A DNA stretch of 64,000 nucleotides, taken from Botryllus schlosseri (taxonomy: Eukaryota). The translations under genes and the position numbers were made by a program. The notes below the pieces were generated by a model. The model saw only the letters and a list, made by a program, of their open reading frames with translations. It made no database searches and was not told where the DNA came from. Position 1 is the stretch's first letter. Every line of letters begins with the position of its first letter. The DNA lies in the NCBI GenBank assembly GCA_051294905.1, contig CM119372.1:21826001-21890000 (forward strand), given 5' to 3'. Of the stretch, positions 51,305-63,794 are shown piece after piece.

Positions 51305-53147
51305 CCGCGGGGGGGGGGGGTCAGAGCCTCACCAGCCATGAACCTTACCGCACGTCACTGATTACATCGTATCAAAATCTCGACGTGACAGAATTGAACA
51401 AGTATATGTGGAGAACTGGACATACCACTAGAATGAGAAAATGGAAATGGTGATGAACAGTCTATAACAGGGGTGACTAAACCGCAGCAAACTAGTCGTA
51501 TGTGGCCCTCTGAACCTTCGATCGATTGCGGCTCTTTAATGATTCCACAAATACACATGTATTTCTCCATCTTTCCGGGAGTTTTAATTTGATTTTAAAA
51601 CATTACACTCTATCATGCAATATGCTGCATATCGTATTCGTATTGTTTCTTGCCTTACCGGTTACGTAATTATCGGAGAATGTAAGCTAATGTGGCTACA
51701 CAGGATTGGACTTGAGCAACCAAACGAGAGCCGCATGCCAGTACGGGGATGAGTCGAGAGACATTTATTCAATAACTTGAATTGACTCGAGTCACTTTGC
51801 AAAACTGACTTTACTTGAAATGATAGAAATAGAAATTTGGAGTGACTCGTTACTCGGAGCATAATTTACTAGTCACTTTCAACTAATCAAGTGGTCCGTG
51901 TCGATTAAATCGCTGTATCTTGTATATGTTCGGATGGTTCACGATACGCTGGTGTGACCTGTGAGAGCAACCAGTCATTCATTGGAATTGACCCGTGACC
52001 AGAACCAGGGCTGCAGAGTCGGTAAATTTTACCATCGACTCCAACTCCGACTCCGACTCCAAACATTTTCAATATACCGACTAAACGTACCGACTCCGAC
52101 TCCGACTATTTTCTCAAGAGAACTCCGACTCCAACAGTAATACCAATTTACTTCGAAAATTTTGTGCCACAGTGACGTTTAAATGACTCTCATATCACCA
52201 TTAAACATATCCAAACATATGATTAACGATGTCATGCAAAATTGTTCCATTGTGGCACAGCTCGAATTATTCACTATGTCATTAACATGAAAAAAGGCCT
52301 TTTGAAATATCCATCATTTTTTCATATTTTATAAGTTTTTATATCATGAACTCTATAATATCATTCAATCATGACATATATCCAACCCTGTATAATTAAA
52401 ATGTAGATAAAACAATCGAAATGTCGCTCTTGTGTATGAGTCAGCAACTAATACGGAGATGTAACTTTCTAATTTTCTCATTACACACTATACATATTAC
52501 AGGCACACACACTCACACACCTAATAAACATTGGTCAGAAACGAAATTTAGGAAGTATTAGGAAGTAAAATATTTTTAATTTTGTCAGCGTCTGGTTATA
52601 TTTACATCAATTTTACAAAACCAGAAGATGTATTTATACTCATTCACAGTATCATGGTATAATTCCAAAAATTGCATCAATTTTTGACTGCATCGCGAAG
52701 ATGCATATTGCGATTTTCTTCCTCTATGCAATTGAATTGTAATTTGTAAATAATGTCCAATTTCCTCTTTATCAGGGGTCGCCAACCTTTTCGGCCAAAG
52801 GGCCACATGACATTTACGAACCATTGCGCGGGAAATTTGAATGTTGATGACCTTTTTTAGTCGTCCGATAGGAGCGAACAGAATTAGGTAACGTTGAAAA
52901 CAAGACTTATATTACTGCGCTTTAAAATTGATAACAATTATGTGATGAAAACTCTGTGTGCAACTGCGCAACGTGCATCCATGTCCCGGTAGCGCGAAGC
53001 GTAAATTTTTTTAAAAGGTAATGAATGAATGAATTCGATCAAGAAATATGTTACTTCATATATTGGGGGTCGCCTCTGTACACCAAAGGGCTCATTTGAC
53101 AAGGACAGGATTATTCCGCGTTTAGACATAGCAATATCGAAGGTTTC

Positions 53148-53405
53148 TGTTATGTTCTTGATCTTGTTCGAACAATAACTCAATACGACGAGGTTGCAAT
53201 ATGAAATCCGTATATATTAACAGCAGAATAACTTTAAGACAGGCGACACGATTCAGAGTTCAGTTAAATGAAAGACCACGAGACAACAGAACACAGGGTA
53301 TAAATACAAGCACGACACACAAGGAAATAATGATTGGCTGTAATTACTAATCCAATAGAACGAAAGAGTTGTACGACACTAAAACGTAAATGCACAAACA
53401 TAACA
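53148..53405 (-). repeat. 3' LTR
   Basis: Direct repeat of 55226-55477; preceded on the minus strand by PPT AGGGGAGGA (about 53407-53415). Confidence 0.93.
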
Positions 53406-53823
53406 GTCCTCCCCTATAAGTTGAGAGGGTTGCCCACATTTACGTAGGTCTGTAGAAATCGGTTTGCTTTCTGTTCCTGAGAGGATAACGTCTACCCGAC
53501 GTACGGGCAGGACTAGCTGCAGGGCGTTGTGCCCTATTCCTGACCAATGGTTGCTCAGCTTGGGACTGTTGAGGCTGAGCAACTTCCTGTGTGGCTGTAT
53601 CATTACTTGTGGAAATCAAGCGTGGTTGGAGTTAGTTTTTATGCTTTCTCCAATACCCATGATCTGTTCTTATAATGTACACAACACGCCCCAGTATTTC
53701 CGTCACCACGCCAGCAACCCACTTTGGTCCGCTTCGGTAACTGCGAGCGTAAACCGAGGAACCAATCTCGAAATGAGTGACTGATTGTCCAGGCGTAACG
53801 GGTTTCGATTTGTCGAAGGGCGA

Positions 53824-55170
53824 TCACAAACTTAACAAATTGCGCGGCTGTCGACCATGTAAAATCTCGGCAGGCGTTTTCCAGTCTATGCCCGGGTGCG
53901 GTGCACATCGGTACGTAGCGAGAAGTGTTTGGAGCGCGAAGTTGAGATCTTTTCCCCCAGAACCCACCTGCACGCTTACAGTGCAAATACCTTTCACTTT
54001 CAGTGGCTTGTCGCCATACGCTACGAAAGAGCAATGGTATGCAGAGAGTTTCGGAGAGCCCAAAGTTTTGTACCCAGTCAATCCCACCATGGCGGAGGGT
54101 GCACCAGTGTCCCACTGTGTCGGCAACGGAATGCCGTTGATGCTGGAGTTGATCCAGAGCTGGTTTCCTACGCGTCGATATAGTTGATCGATGTCGAAGG
54201 GGAGGAGCGGCACTGAGCAGAAATTGACGGATGTGACCTGTTGCGTGATACTAGGTTTGGTAGACATGCACACAGGTTTGATATGACCTTTACGACCACA
54301 TTTCTGACATACTGCATGTCGATATTGACAGTCTTTTCTCTGGTGATCGATGAAACAGCGGCTGCAGGATTTCAGTCTTTCCGGGAAGTTGCCTTGGATG
54401 GATTTGGAAGGTTTTTCCCCCTTCTGATAGCTTCCAGTCATTTTGTTGCCGATGGAAGTATCTTTACCGCTACTCTCGCCCTGGATAACCCTATCAGTTT
54501 CCAGCGTTCTCACGTATGTTGCGGCTACCTTGAGAACGTCGTCGAGGGATGGATTGGTTTGTGTTAGACAATGCCGTCTCACATCCGCGTGCGGCGTTTC
54601 TTTAATGATGAGATCGCGCATTAGCTCATCATCGTAGCTCTGATCACAGCCATCTCTTGAGCATATGAAGTTGCAATCCTTGGAGATCCCGCGTAGAGTT
54701 GCGATCCAATCGACGTACGATTGTCCCGGCTGCATTTTGCAATTGTAAAATTCGTACCTGGCTGCTTGCACATGAATGGAGTCCTTGAAGTGTGTAGACA
54801 ACTTCTCAGTCAACGCGTCGAAGGATTGTGCACTGACATCAGCAGCACCAAACAAATTACGTAGGAGCGAGTACGTTTCAGGTCCAACCCATGAGAGTAG
54901 ACACGCTCGTTTCTTCTCCATGTTGGAAATGCCGTAAATTGCTAGGTGATGGTTGAATCGCTGAAGATATTGGTCCCATTTCTCCTTTGATTTTACGAAA
55001 GAATCAAACTTGGGAGCGGTAGCTTCAGATGTTGACGCACCGGGACTCAACCTCTGCGTTAATTGCGCCATTTCTTCTTTGTGCTGTGCCAGCTCTTCTT
55101 TGTGCTGTGCTCGCTGTTCCGCCATCATTTCCTGTTGCTTCTCTAGAAGCTTCAATATACTTGCTTCCAT
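53824..55170 (-). CDS. gag: Gag-protease polyprotein fused in frame to an integrase remnant (448 aa from ATG)
   Basis: PKFD...WDQYLQRF Gag start; zinc knuckles CSRCFIDHQRKDC and CQKCGRKGHIKPVC; protease DTGA; then LLATYRCAPH...TPAEILHGRQPRNLL (end of the integrase core). Confidence 0.9.
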   Translation of the reverse strand: MEASILKLLEKQQEMMAEQRAQHKEELAQHKEEMAQLTQRLSPGASTSEATAPKFDSFVKSKEKWDQYLQRFNHHLAIYGISNMEKKRACLLSWVGPETYSLLRNLFGAADVSAQSFDALTEKLSTHFKDSIHVQAARYEFYNCKMQPGQSYVDWIATLRGISKDCNFICSRDGCDQSYDDELMRDLIIKETPHADVRRHCLTQTNPSLDDVLKVAATYVRTLETDRVIQGESSGKDTSIGNKMTGSYQKGEKPSKSIQGNFPERLKSCSRCFIDHQRKDCQYRHAVCQKCGRKGHIKPVCMSTKPSITQQVTSVNFCSVPLLPFDIDQLYRRVGNQLWINSSINGIPLPTQWDTGAPSAMVGLTGYKTLGSPKLSAYHCSFVAYGDKPLKVKGICTVSVQVGSGGKDLNFALQTLLATYRCAPHPGIDWKTPAEILHGRQPRNLLSL

Positions 55171-55203
55171 GATATATACAATATTCGTCGCAGAAATAAC
55201 TAT

Positions 55204-55223
55204 GAATCCGACTTCTGACACCA
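55204..55223 (-). promoter_or_regulatory. Primer binding site, tRNA-Leu
   Basis: Minus strand TGGTGTCAGAAGTCGGATTC, complementary to the tRNA-Leu 3' end (recalled as ...GAATCCCACTTCTGACACCA) with one mismatch. Confidence 0.8.
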
Positions 55224-55225
55224 AA

Positions 55226-55477
55226 GTTCTTGATCTTGTTCGAACAATAACTCAATACGACGAGGTTGCAATAAGAAATCCGTATATATTAACAGCAGAA
55301 TAACTTTAAGACAGGCGACACGATCCAGAGTTCAGTTAAATGAAAGACCACGAGACAACAGAACACAGGGTATAAATACAAGCACGACACACAAGGAAAT
55401 AATGATTGGCTGTAATTACTAATCCAATAGAACGAAAGAGTTGTACGACACTAAAACGTAAATGTACAAACATAACA
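55226..55477 (-). repeat. 5' LTR
   Basis: Direct repeat of the 3' LTR with about 3 substitutions seen by eye; lacks the inner-terminal ATAACA. Confidence 0.93.
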
Positions 55478-56265
55478 GTTTCGGTGAACATGCCTCTATC
55501 ATTTTGTGCAAATGTTTCATCGCCGACGATCTCGCTGCGAGCGCGCAAGCGAAGTCGCATGTTGGACGACACGTTATCTTCTAATTTCGAATATAGTAGG
55601 AGTAAATTCTGTAAATGACGTGTATTTATAATTTTCAGGGGGGCTCCAATATTAAATGCAAGAAGTCGAGTGACGATAAATCATACGAAGTGCTTAGAAA
55701 AATTCCAAGTCAAATAAATCTGCTATGGAATATTCTACTTTATGGTCATATACGAAGATCTGCGATAAATGCTGCTGGACCTTGGTTACGCCAATGCGTC
55801 GGAACTGATGTTTTAGTCATCATCAATTTTCGTAGTCAGGCTAATCAAATTTTGATTGGCCTTGCAATTTTACCTGATGATATAACTAATTTCGAGAATT
55901 ACCTCGCGGGCCACACAAAACCTTCTAGCGCGCAAAATTTGGCTAGCGGACCACGGGTTGGCCGCCACTGATCTATATCGTTACTAATAACAGTGATTGA
56001 TAGTACATAAAAATCCTATTTTAGTTATTATTAGTTATTTAAAGATACATTCGAAAGCAATTGTTTTCATGATAAAGAAGTTGGAGTCGGAGTCGAAGTC
56101 AGGGACAGTTTCACAAACTCCGACTCCGACTCCAGTCAGTATTTTCCCCACGACTCCGACCCCAACTCCAAGGCGTGCTAAAAAGAGACTCCGACTCCAT
56201 TAACCGAAAATTAGCCAAATTCTGCCTCCGACTTCACCGACTCCGACTCCGACTCCACAGCCCTG

Positions 56266-56323
56266 GACTTGACTTGACTTGACTTGACTTGACTTGACTT
56301 GACTTGACTTGACTTGACTTGAC
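56266..56323 (+). repeat. (GACTT)n perfect pentamer array
   Basis: About 11.5 perfect units. Confidence 0.95.
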
Positions 56324-56499
56324 TGGAGTCACCTCCAAAATCCGAGTGACTTGACTCGACTCGAGTCAACATGTGCAATGACTCGAGATGACTTGTAACT
56401 CGAAGATAGAAACTTGTTACCGACACTGTCCGCATGCTCAGTTTCATCCCAAAAAGTACGATCACTACACAGTTTCATTTTACTCATGACAAAACAGCA

Positions 56500-57370
56500 G
56501 TGCTCGGATGACTCGAGTAATGACTTGACTCGAGTCACATTGCAAATATGACTTCACTTGACTTGACTCGGCGCTTCAGAAATGTGGATTGGCTTGTGAC
56601 TCGAAGCAAAATTTACGAGTCAATTTCAAGTCAATAAGTAAACGGTGTCGATTAAATCATTGTATCCTGTGTATGTTCAGATTGTTCGAGATGCGCCAGT
56701 GCAACTTGTTGGGGCAACCAGTCACTAATTGTACGTTTGACTGATCGTCCATTGCTACATCACAAATAAATTGACCGCAAACGTAATTATCTCACCTGAC
56801 GATCTCGCAGTAGTATCAGATTAATCTAATAGCAACGTATCGCTGTTTATTAGACGACTCTGTGCTAACATTGCACAGCACTCACCTTTACCAACCCTCT
56901 TGTACGATTTAAACCGGACGAATATAGTTTATGCGTTTATGTTCTCACGGATGTGTAGATTTTTAGTGCATTGTACCATATCAATTTGTTTCAACTTCTC
57001 GATGCTTCGTATTCGATCCTCTATTTTGGCTGATAATAACAGAATGTAGCATGTAAGTATACAGTTACTCACGTGTTTTATTAACAGTTCTACGTGTGGG
57101 TGAGCGAAACAACGAATTATTGCATGTATATTTAACTTTATATCCAATATTTGATTTAAGATAAATTGCCAATTAATCTGTCTTTGACACAGCTAGCAAA
57201 ATGTAATGACTTTGAATGATCCTTCATACTTCGAAAATCCAATTTGACTTGACCCGTGACTTGACTTGATTTGATTTGACTTGACTTGACTCGAGTCACA
57301 TTAAAAAAACGAGTGACTTGACTTGACTCGAGTCAAAATTTACAATGACTCGAGATGACTCGGGACACAT
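56500..57370 (+). mobile_element. GACTT-family MITE copy
   Basis: Collinear with 22050-22899; right end degraded. Confidence 0.75.
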
Positions 57371-57416
57371 GCGAAATCACCGACTAGAACAGTGATGCTC
57401 AACGTGTGGTTGGGAC

Positions 57417-57934
57417 TAGGGCTGGGCAAAATCGAGTACCTGAGTGATTCGGTTCTGAATCACGTATTACGCTCAGAGTCGAGTCGAGTCAAATCTAGTA
57501 TCACTCATCATAACATCACAGCAGAATGTACTATGCCAAAATTCAAACATGTACCTTTATGCCACCACAAAGAACAATAGGCCTGTCATCCGTCACATTA
57601 AAGATACTTTGGTATTTTTTCGACCAGCATACTGATTTCACTGCACTTCTTGACAATGTATTGGGATGATCATGACTTCGGAAATGTGTTATTTCCCGTA
57701 ACGTTTGTAGCTTTGTACTATGTCTCCTACGCTGTGACACGGTCAATCAAGGTTTCAAGGCTTCCTCAGGGGAAAATAGTATCAAAACTATAATTCCCGT
57801 TAGTAAATTAACTTTCAGTTGCGAGGAGGGTAAAATTTAAGTATTCGAAAAATCGTATTTTACTACTTGACTCGAATCATTATAATTAATACTCGATTCA
57901 GATTCGAATACTCAGATCATTGTGCCCCGCCCTA
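57417..57934 (-). mobile_element. hAT-type MITE (TAGGGCTGGGCA family)
   Basis: Inverted copy of the same family; imperfect TSD GTTGGGAC/GTTGCGGC. Confidence 0.82.
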
Positions 57935-58612
57935 GTTGCGGCCCAACATCTTATCTGTGGAAACAACTTTCAAACTTCCACGATCACCGCTTAGAATGTG
58001 GCAGATGGCATATTGGTATAATGTGGGAGTTTGGCGGTAACGGTACTGACGATAAAAATTGCAGAAATCATGGGTTCGATAGTGAACAATATCTTGCCTT
58101 ATTTTTTTTTCTTAAATACATGATATTCTGGTCAAAACTACATCATGCATGCGATTCGCCAGTCGTAAGAATAAGGATTACCAAATACAAAGATATCGAA
58201 GCACTCATACAGCCGTTTTCTGAGACCATATTGCCAGGCGAAATTCTGCGTCCCATCAGATGGTAAGGCACGATGTGGATATTCGCAACGAAATTAGAGC
58301 AGTTGCTATTGATGGATATTGGCTAGTCATGCCTTATATTGTTATCACTGTCACTGTATACTCTCTAGCAAATCTATTTGACCTGTGCAGCGTGTAGCAA
58401 CGAAACCGTTCGAACATAATACAAGTGGACTACATGTTTTTGTTTTAGATTTACAAGTGGACTAGGCTTTGAGAACACCGCATGTGATCACATGCTGCTC
58501 GCGGGCAAAGCGCCCGAAAACTTACTGATTTTCATTATACGTCACAATCAATCTAAAAATGCAATGTCGTACAAAAGTTCCGCAAGCGCACCAACAATTC
58601 TATCCTATACAG

Positions 58613-60373
58613 CAGGGGTCGGCAACCTTTTGCTAGCCGCGGGCCAAATTTCGGGTGTACAACTTCTTGGCGGGCCGGAATTTTTCTTAGTACTATATTT
58701 TACGCTCACTTCGGTATATTATCCTACATTGCTGCAATCTCAATCATACCAATCAGAAGAAACATGTATTTACACTTCAACAACACAGAATAATTGTAAC
58801 AATTGACGCAGCTTGCTCTGTGAAAGGTTTTCAACTTCTGGTAACAAGTCAGATGAAACAAGAATCAGACCCTATTCAAAATGGACGTCAGAAATACGTG
58901 ATCTTAGCTTGCTCTTCGTGAATTTCATTGTTCGCAACTATTGTTCACATGCGTACGTGCTTCCAAAATTTGATGCAATTTCTTTTGCATTGCTGGTCAA
59001 GCTGGGATAAAGACCAATTTCAAGAACGTACTCTTTGTCAAAGTCATGCAGCGATATGCTCTTTGTATGAAATTTGTCATTCAATTCAACTGCATCGCAT
59101 TTCAGAAAGGCCCATTTGAAATTTTCAGGCAATGGTATTGGCGTCCACATTAAACAGAGTACTGAATAGTCAGAATTCATTATGTAGAGAAGGAATGTCG
59201 GAAAAGCGGGTGAATATTCAGTAGTTAAATTTCGTATCACAGTTACAAATGTAGTGTTGGTACTAGGTTTTCTCTCCTCCAGTATAGGAAATTGAGCATA
59301 ATTTTCTTTGTACTGTTGACATTTCCAGAGTCACAGATTTGTTTTGAATGCGCCTCAACATCTCATGTATTTAGTTGTTTTCCCGTCTGAAGTTGCAAAT
59401 TCAATTTGTTCAGATGTGACGTTAAATGTACCAGGATAGCAAGATGAGATACCTATTTTCGATTACAAGATTATGAGTCGGCGATATTTGTGTTTTCGAG
59501 GAAAGTTGCTATTTCATTTCTCAGTTCATACACTCGTGTAAGCATTGCTGCTCGACTTAATGAGCGAACATGACAGATATAGGCCTACATGACATCGCCA
59601 TATTGATTCTCTGCTTCTAGTAATATCTGGCGTAACTGATTCAGTCAATGAGACAAAAATCATATGAACAGTTTTCACCATTGTGGCCAAAACACTATTC
59701 AGGTTTTTTGTCTTGGCACACAATGCCTTCTGGAAAATTAAACTATAGACAGGCTAACTAACACACGGAGGCTAGTTATCTATAATTGAACAGTTTGAGA
59801 TTCCGTCATTGAGTCTGATATGTTCCAAGCGTTTTTGAAGCAAAGGAAGAACACCTTTATTGTCACACCCCGTTAGAATGTTTGTTTTTTTTGGGGGGGG
59901 GGGGTATTCATGGTGTTTGTCGACTGCTATGGTCATTTACACCAGGCCGATATTCTTTTTATTTTTCCGTAACTGCCGACTTATAGCACGGCCCACCTCT
60001 AGGCTTTTGTAAGACACCGCTGACGCGGATGAGGTGGCGAGGAGGAGCCTAGGTTAGAATGCCCCGTTAGAATGGTAAACCCTTTAAAAAAAGTATGGAA
60101 AACCTTCGGTTGCGAGATACACCCGATTGATAAGCACCGATCCAGTCTAGTCTCCTCCATCTCCTACTTCAACCACCTTCGTTTTATGGCGTAACAATAG
60201 ACTAATACGATGTAGGCTACTATTATATCGTGGCAATGCCGCATTTTGTCATGCAGCGCTGCACTGCAGATTGAAATTCATTATGAAACGGCGGGCCGTA
60301 TTCTTGTGATAACTAATTATTATGCCGCGGGCCGGACGATTTCCCTTGGCGGGCCGTAGGTTGCCGACCCTTG
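58613..60373 (-). mobile_element. hAT Charlie/GTF2IRD2-like element with decayed transposase
   Basis: TIR CAGGGGTCGGCAACC, perfect TSD CTATACAG; remnants YPSLTSNAKEIASNFGSTYACEQ and LCAKTKNLNSVLATMVKTVHMI. Confidence 0.87.
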
Positions 60374-61502
60374 CTATACAGTTAGGCTCCTTTCTAACAG
60401 CGTCAAATAAACGAATTTCTGGGAAAAGAAAAATATCCACTGAAAAATAGTATATCATAAAAATTATTCATGCAATATACATTTATTGTGCTTTAACCCT
60501 ACGACGAGATGCACCAATATGCATGAAAGAGCCGCATGCGGCTCGAGAGCCACGCGTTGACCGCCCCTCAACTAATTAATTATTCACGGTAGCGCAGGTC
60601 TCGTTAACTCTTACCATAAAACCGTTTCATTTGTATTTTAGGCTAATACCAGTAATAACTGCTGGGCTTCTCATCGCCAACCTCACCATAGTTGCAGAAC
60701 ATTTAAAAGCCCAGACTGAAAGTGAGACGTGCTACAAGTCGGCAGCAAGTACTGCGATGGGGACGCATGGGTGCGAGAGAGACTGACAACTGATCAACCT
60801 AATTTCAATCACCTTGTGAGATGGAGAATCGCAGTATCACCACACAACAATAATTATTATTATTGGATAGCCTGCACTTCAATGTGAGTAAACAAATTAT
60901 TATTTTTGATTTTTTTTTGTGTTGCGGCTCTTTTAAAATTGTTTGCGATGGAACAGGTCCGCCCCCTCCCCGGTCTATAACATGTGTTATCGCGGAACGT
61001 AGAGTGGCCTAAATCGTACACGATGACTGGTTTTGTCAATTCTAATTACTCACCCATAAATCCATTTTGTAGTTGACAATATTCGAAGGAACGATTCGCG
61101 GATTCTCTTGCTAATATGTAAAATCCGTCCACTGAAAAGTTGTAGGTGGAGAATAGCTGCTCACAAGAACCGACATCTGCATACAAGTTTCACATAAATA
61201 TATGTTTGATGTTTGCTCCTTATCCATGTATTAATGGAATTATAAATTATGTTTAATTAATTATCTATCGGCAAGATATATAGCGGGTCTAGTGTTCATG
61301 ACATCCAACCCAAGACTTGAATAAATGGTTAATAACCAATGCGAACACATAGTCACTTATAGTCCAGTATCCAGTAAAGTTTTTACTGAACAATACAATG
61401 GCTCTTTCTGAGGCAAAGCCTCGGATTTCAAACTCGTCTCAGAAATGGAATAGCATTTTTGCAATAACTATTCAATATAATGTTTTCGTTTTGTATGAAA
61501 AT

Positions 61503-63450
61503 CAGGGTTGTAATGACTCGAGTCATGACTCGACTCGAGTCAGACTCGAGTCACGATTTTTTTGTGACTCGACTTGGACCGAGTCATTTTCTTGAAATGG
61601 GAAAATGACTCGACTCGACTCAAGTCATTATTTGGATTGACTCGACTTGTACTCGAGTCATTACGCATGACTCGACCCAAGTCATTGACTCGGCTTATTT
61701 TATATGACTTGAAGATGAAGAAATTTGCGAATCGTAATGGTTAGATCAACGCATCTGACGAATTCTGCCGACATCGCTATTTGTCACCACTGCTTTCGTT
61801 GCACTCGTCTGATATCAGATATGCCGCCGTAAAAGTAACAGACAATGGTACCTGGCTAGTAGCAATGCATTGCACAAAATCATCCAGTGATGAAGAGGTA
61901 ATAGATCCTCCGCAATCAAAGTACTCAAGACTATACAATCAAACAATCGAAACATAGTTCAATTAGAGCCAATGAAATGACTCAGATGGTCAAGTACTTG
62001 GAAGACACTGATAAGCTCATGTGCGGATTTGAAGGCGATGATTCTTTGCATTTTTGGGCGACTAGAAAGAATGAGTATCCAATGCTCTTCAGTGTGGTTC
62101 AAAAATGCTGGTCAATTCCTGCATCTAGTGCGCTAGTGGAACGTGTATTCAGTAGATGTGGATTTATTATAAGTCCATGCCGCTTTAACATATCTGAGGA
62201 TCTCCCTTTCACTTTAGTAGTTCTGGAGTGTAACTCATTGATTTGATCTGCTGTCTGTGAAAACACACAATACCCTCCGTCCATTTGACGTTTTGTTAGG
62301 TATGTGCATTGTGCACGTGAGTAATAATGAATGGCTAATGTTGTGTAATGTTTGTACAATAGGGCTGTTCAAAAATAACTTCTTTTTTATTTTACTGGTT
62401 GGCTACTTGATAAAACTATTATGTAGCATAAAACGAACACTGAATCTGGCTTAATTTTGAAAAATAGAATCAATGATATGAGAGGAGAAAATTTTGGATT
62501 TGAAAATAAATGGAGTAATTTTAGTGAGAAATTCTTTCATATAATATAATTACATACTAGTAGTAAGCCACCCTAATAACTTCGCTTCTTCTAGTTGGAA
62601 TTGAGCCAAATTTGCCATGAATCATATTTTTACACAATCTAACCATATCACGAGGTAGCCGGTAGAATTCGAAAATCTCTATTTGTAATTAATCCAAAAT
62701 TTTCTCTCATAGCATTGCTTTCTACTGGTTGGGATTGAGCCAAAATTAAGTTATTTTAGGCAATCTAACAATTTCAAGAAGGAGCCTCCTTTTTGAGATT
62801 TTGTCCTCTTTTTTGAGAATTTTTGGTAAATGTAGGGCAAATTCGACTAAGATACGGTAAATCAGCACTGAAGTAACGCTCCGGCGGCTATTTCGTGAGC
62901 TGAGCAGGAAAGTTGACCTTTTTTTATTCAAATACCTGATAATGTGAAAGAAAAACTGTACCTCTACATCTACATAAACATGCATATGTTGATTCTCTAT
63001 CAGCTGATATCTAGACGTGAATTCGTTGGTTATCTATAAGTTATTTGTGAGCTGTCGTCGATGTGCTCGTAATAAAAACTGAATGTGATGTATCAGACTG
63101 ACAAGACAGATATTTGATTTAAAGTTCTACGATTAGTTAACTTATCATATTGGCGGCCTGTCTCGTCTATCTGTAGCATCGGTAAATGAGGCCAGGACCT
63201 GTCCGTCATCTGCCTAAACATACATGTGCCAAGACTCTGGTAGGGACGAAATAAGCATGTTTGGCAAGCAAGGAATTCGATATCGCCCTAGATGGATTGG
63301 GAACATAAGTTAAACATGACTTCAATGCTGTGACTTGGACTCGGACTCGAGTCGGTGATGAATTGAAAATGACTCGACTTGACTCGAGTCAAAACCACAA
63401 AAGTAAGATTGACTCGTGACTCGGAACCATGTGACTTGGTTACAACCCTG
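61503..63450 (+). mobile_element. hAT element with transposase dimerisation-domain remnant
   Basis: TIR CAGGGTTGTAA, perfect TSD ATGAAAAT. ORF 61977-62246 LHFWATRKNEYPMLF...SIPASSALVERVFSRCG is a hAT C-terminal dimerisation motif. Confidence 0.9.
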
Positions 63451-63794
63451 ATGAAAATCATACTCTAAAGCAGGGGCGGGCAACATACGGCCCGCTGGCC
63501 GGATCCGGCCCGCGACGAGATTTTGTCCGGCCCGCGGCAAGTTCCCTGTCTTACATGATAATGTGGCCCACGGCCACAGTCTGCCGAGATTCCCCACGTC
63601 AAATTTTAGTGACTGTATGTTATTATATACGTGTGCGCGCAGCGTGCGAGTGCAGTGCTTACGCGTAAGTTCGTCGAAGCGAGAAGACTTGCATTATCGG
63701 CATTTACCATGTGCTCAACCCTAATGAATTGATATCTTGGTAAATTTGGGGTACCGGGCTTATCGAACGCCTTGAAATCCTAACTAAGGATTGC

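Larger units (their letters stand above)
53148..55477 (-). mobile_element. Gypsy/Ty3 LTR retrotransposon, internally deleted (Mag-like), about 2.3 kb
   Basis: Two ~255-bp LTRs (53148-53405, 55226-55477), outer ends TGTTA...TAACA, 5-bp TSD GTTTC on both sides, PBS and PPT, gag-protease ORF. Confidence 0.95.
52773..55970 (+). mobile_element. hAT-type MITE hosting the LTR element
   Basis: CAGGGGTCGCCAACC...GGTTGGCCGCCACTG termini; imperfect TSD CTCTTTAT/ATCTATAT. Confidence 0.7.
52006..56265. mobile_element. hAT-type MITE with CCGACT arrays
   Basis: CAGGGCTGCAGAGTCGG...CCGACTCCACAGCCCTG termini. Confidence 0.75.
51739..56428 (+). mobile_element. GACTT-family hAT MITE expanded by three nested insertions
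   Basis: Left and right parts match 22050-22899; flanks share CCGCATGC; contains 52006-56265, 52773-55970 and the LTR element. Confidence 0.75.

Noticed and set aside
51349..51427. Exon-like segment with good acceptor and GTAAGG donor on the minus strand
   Set aside because: All three frames contain stops; cannot be a coding exon of the fibrinogen-like gene.
53464..55303. Several plus-strand and alternate-frame ORFs overlapping gag
   Set aside because: Shadow ORFs of the retrotransposon coding sequence.
60642..60786. Plus-strand acceptor followed by LIPVITAGLLIANLTIVAEHLKAQ...
   Set aside because: Isolated; no partner exons or homology recognisable.
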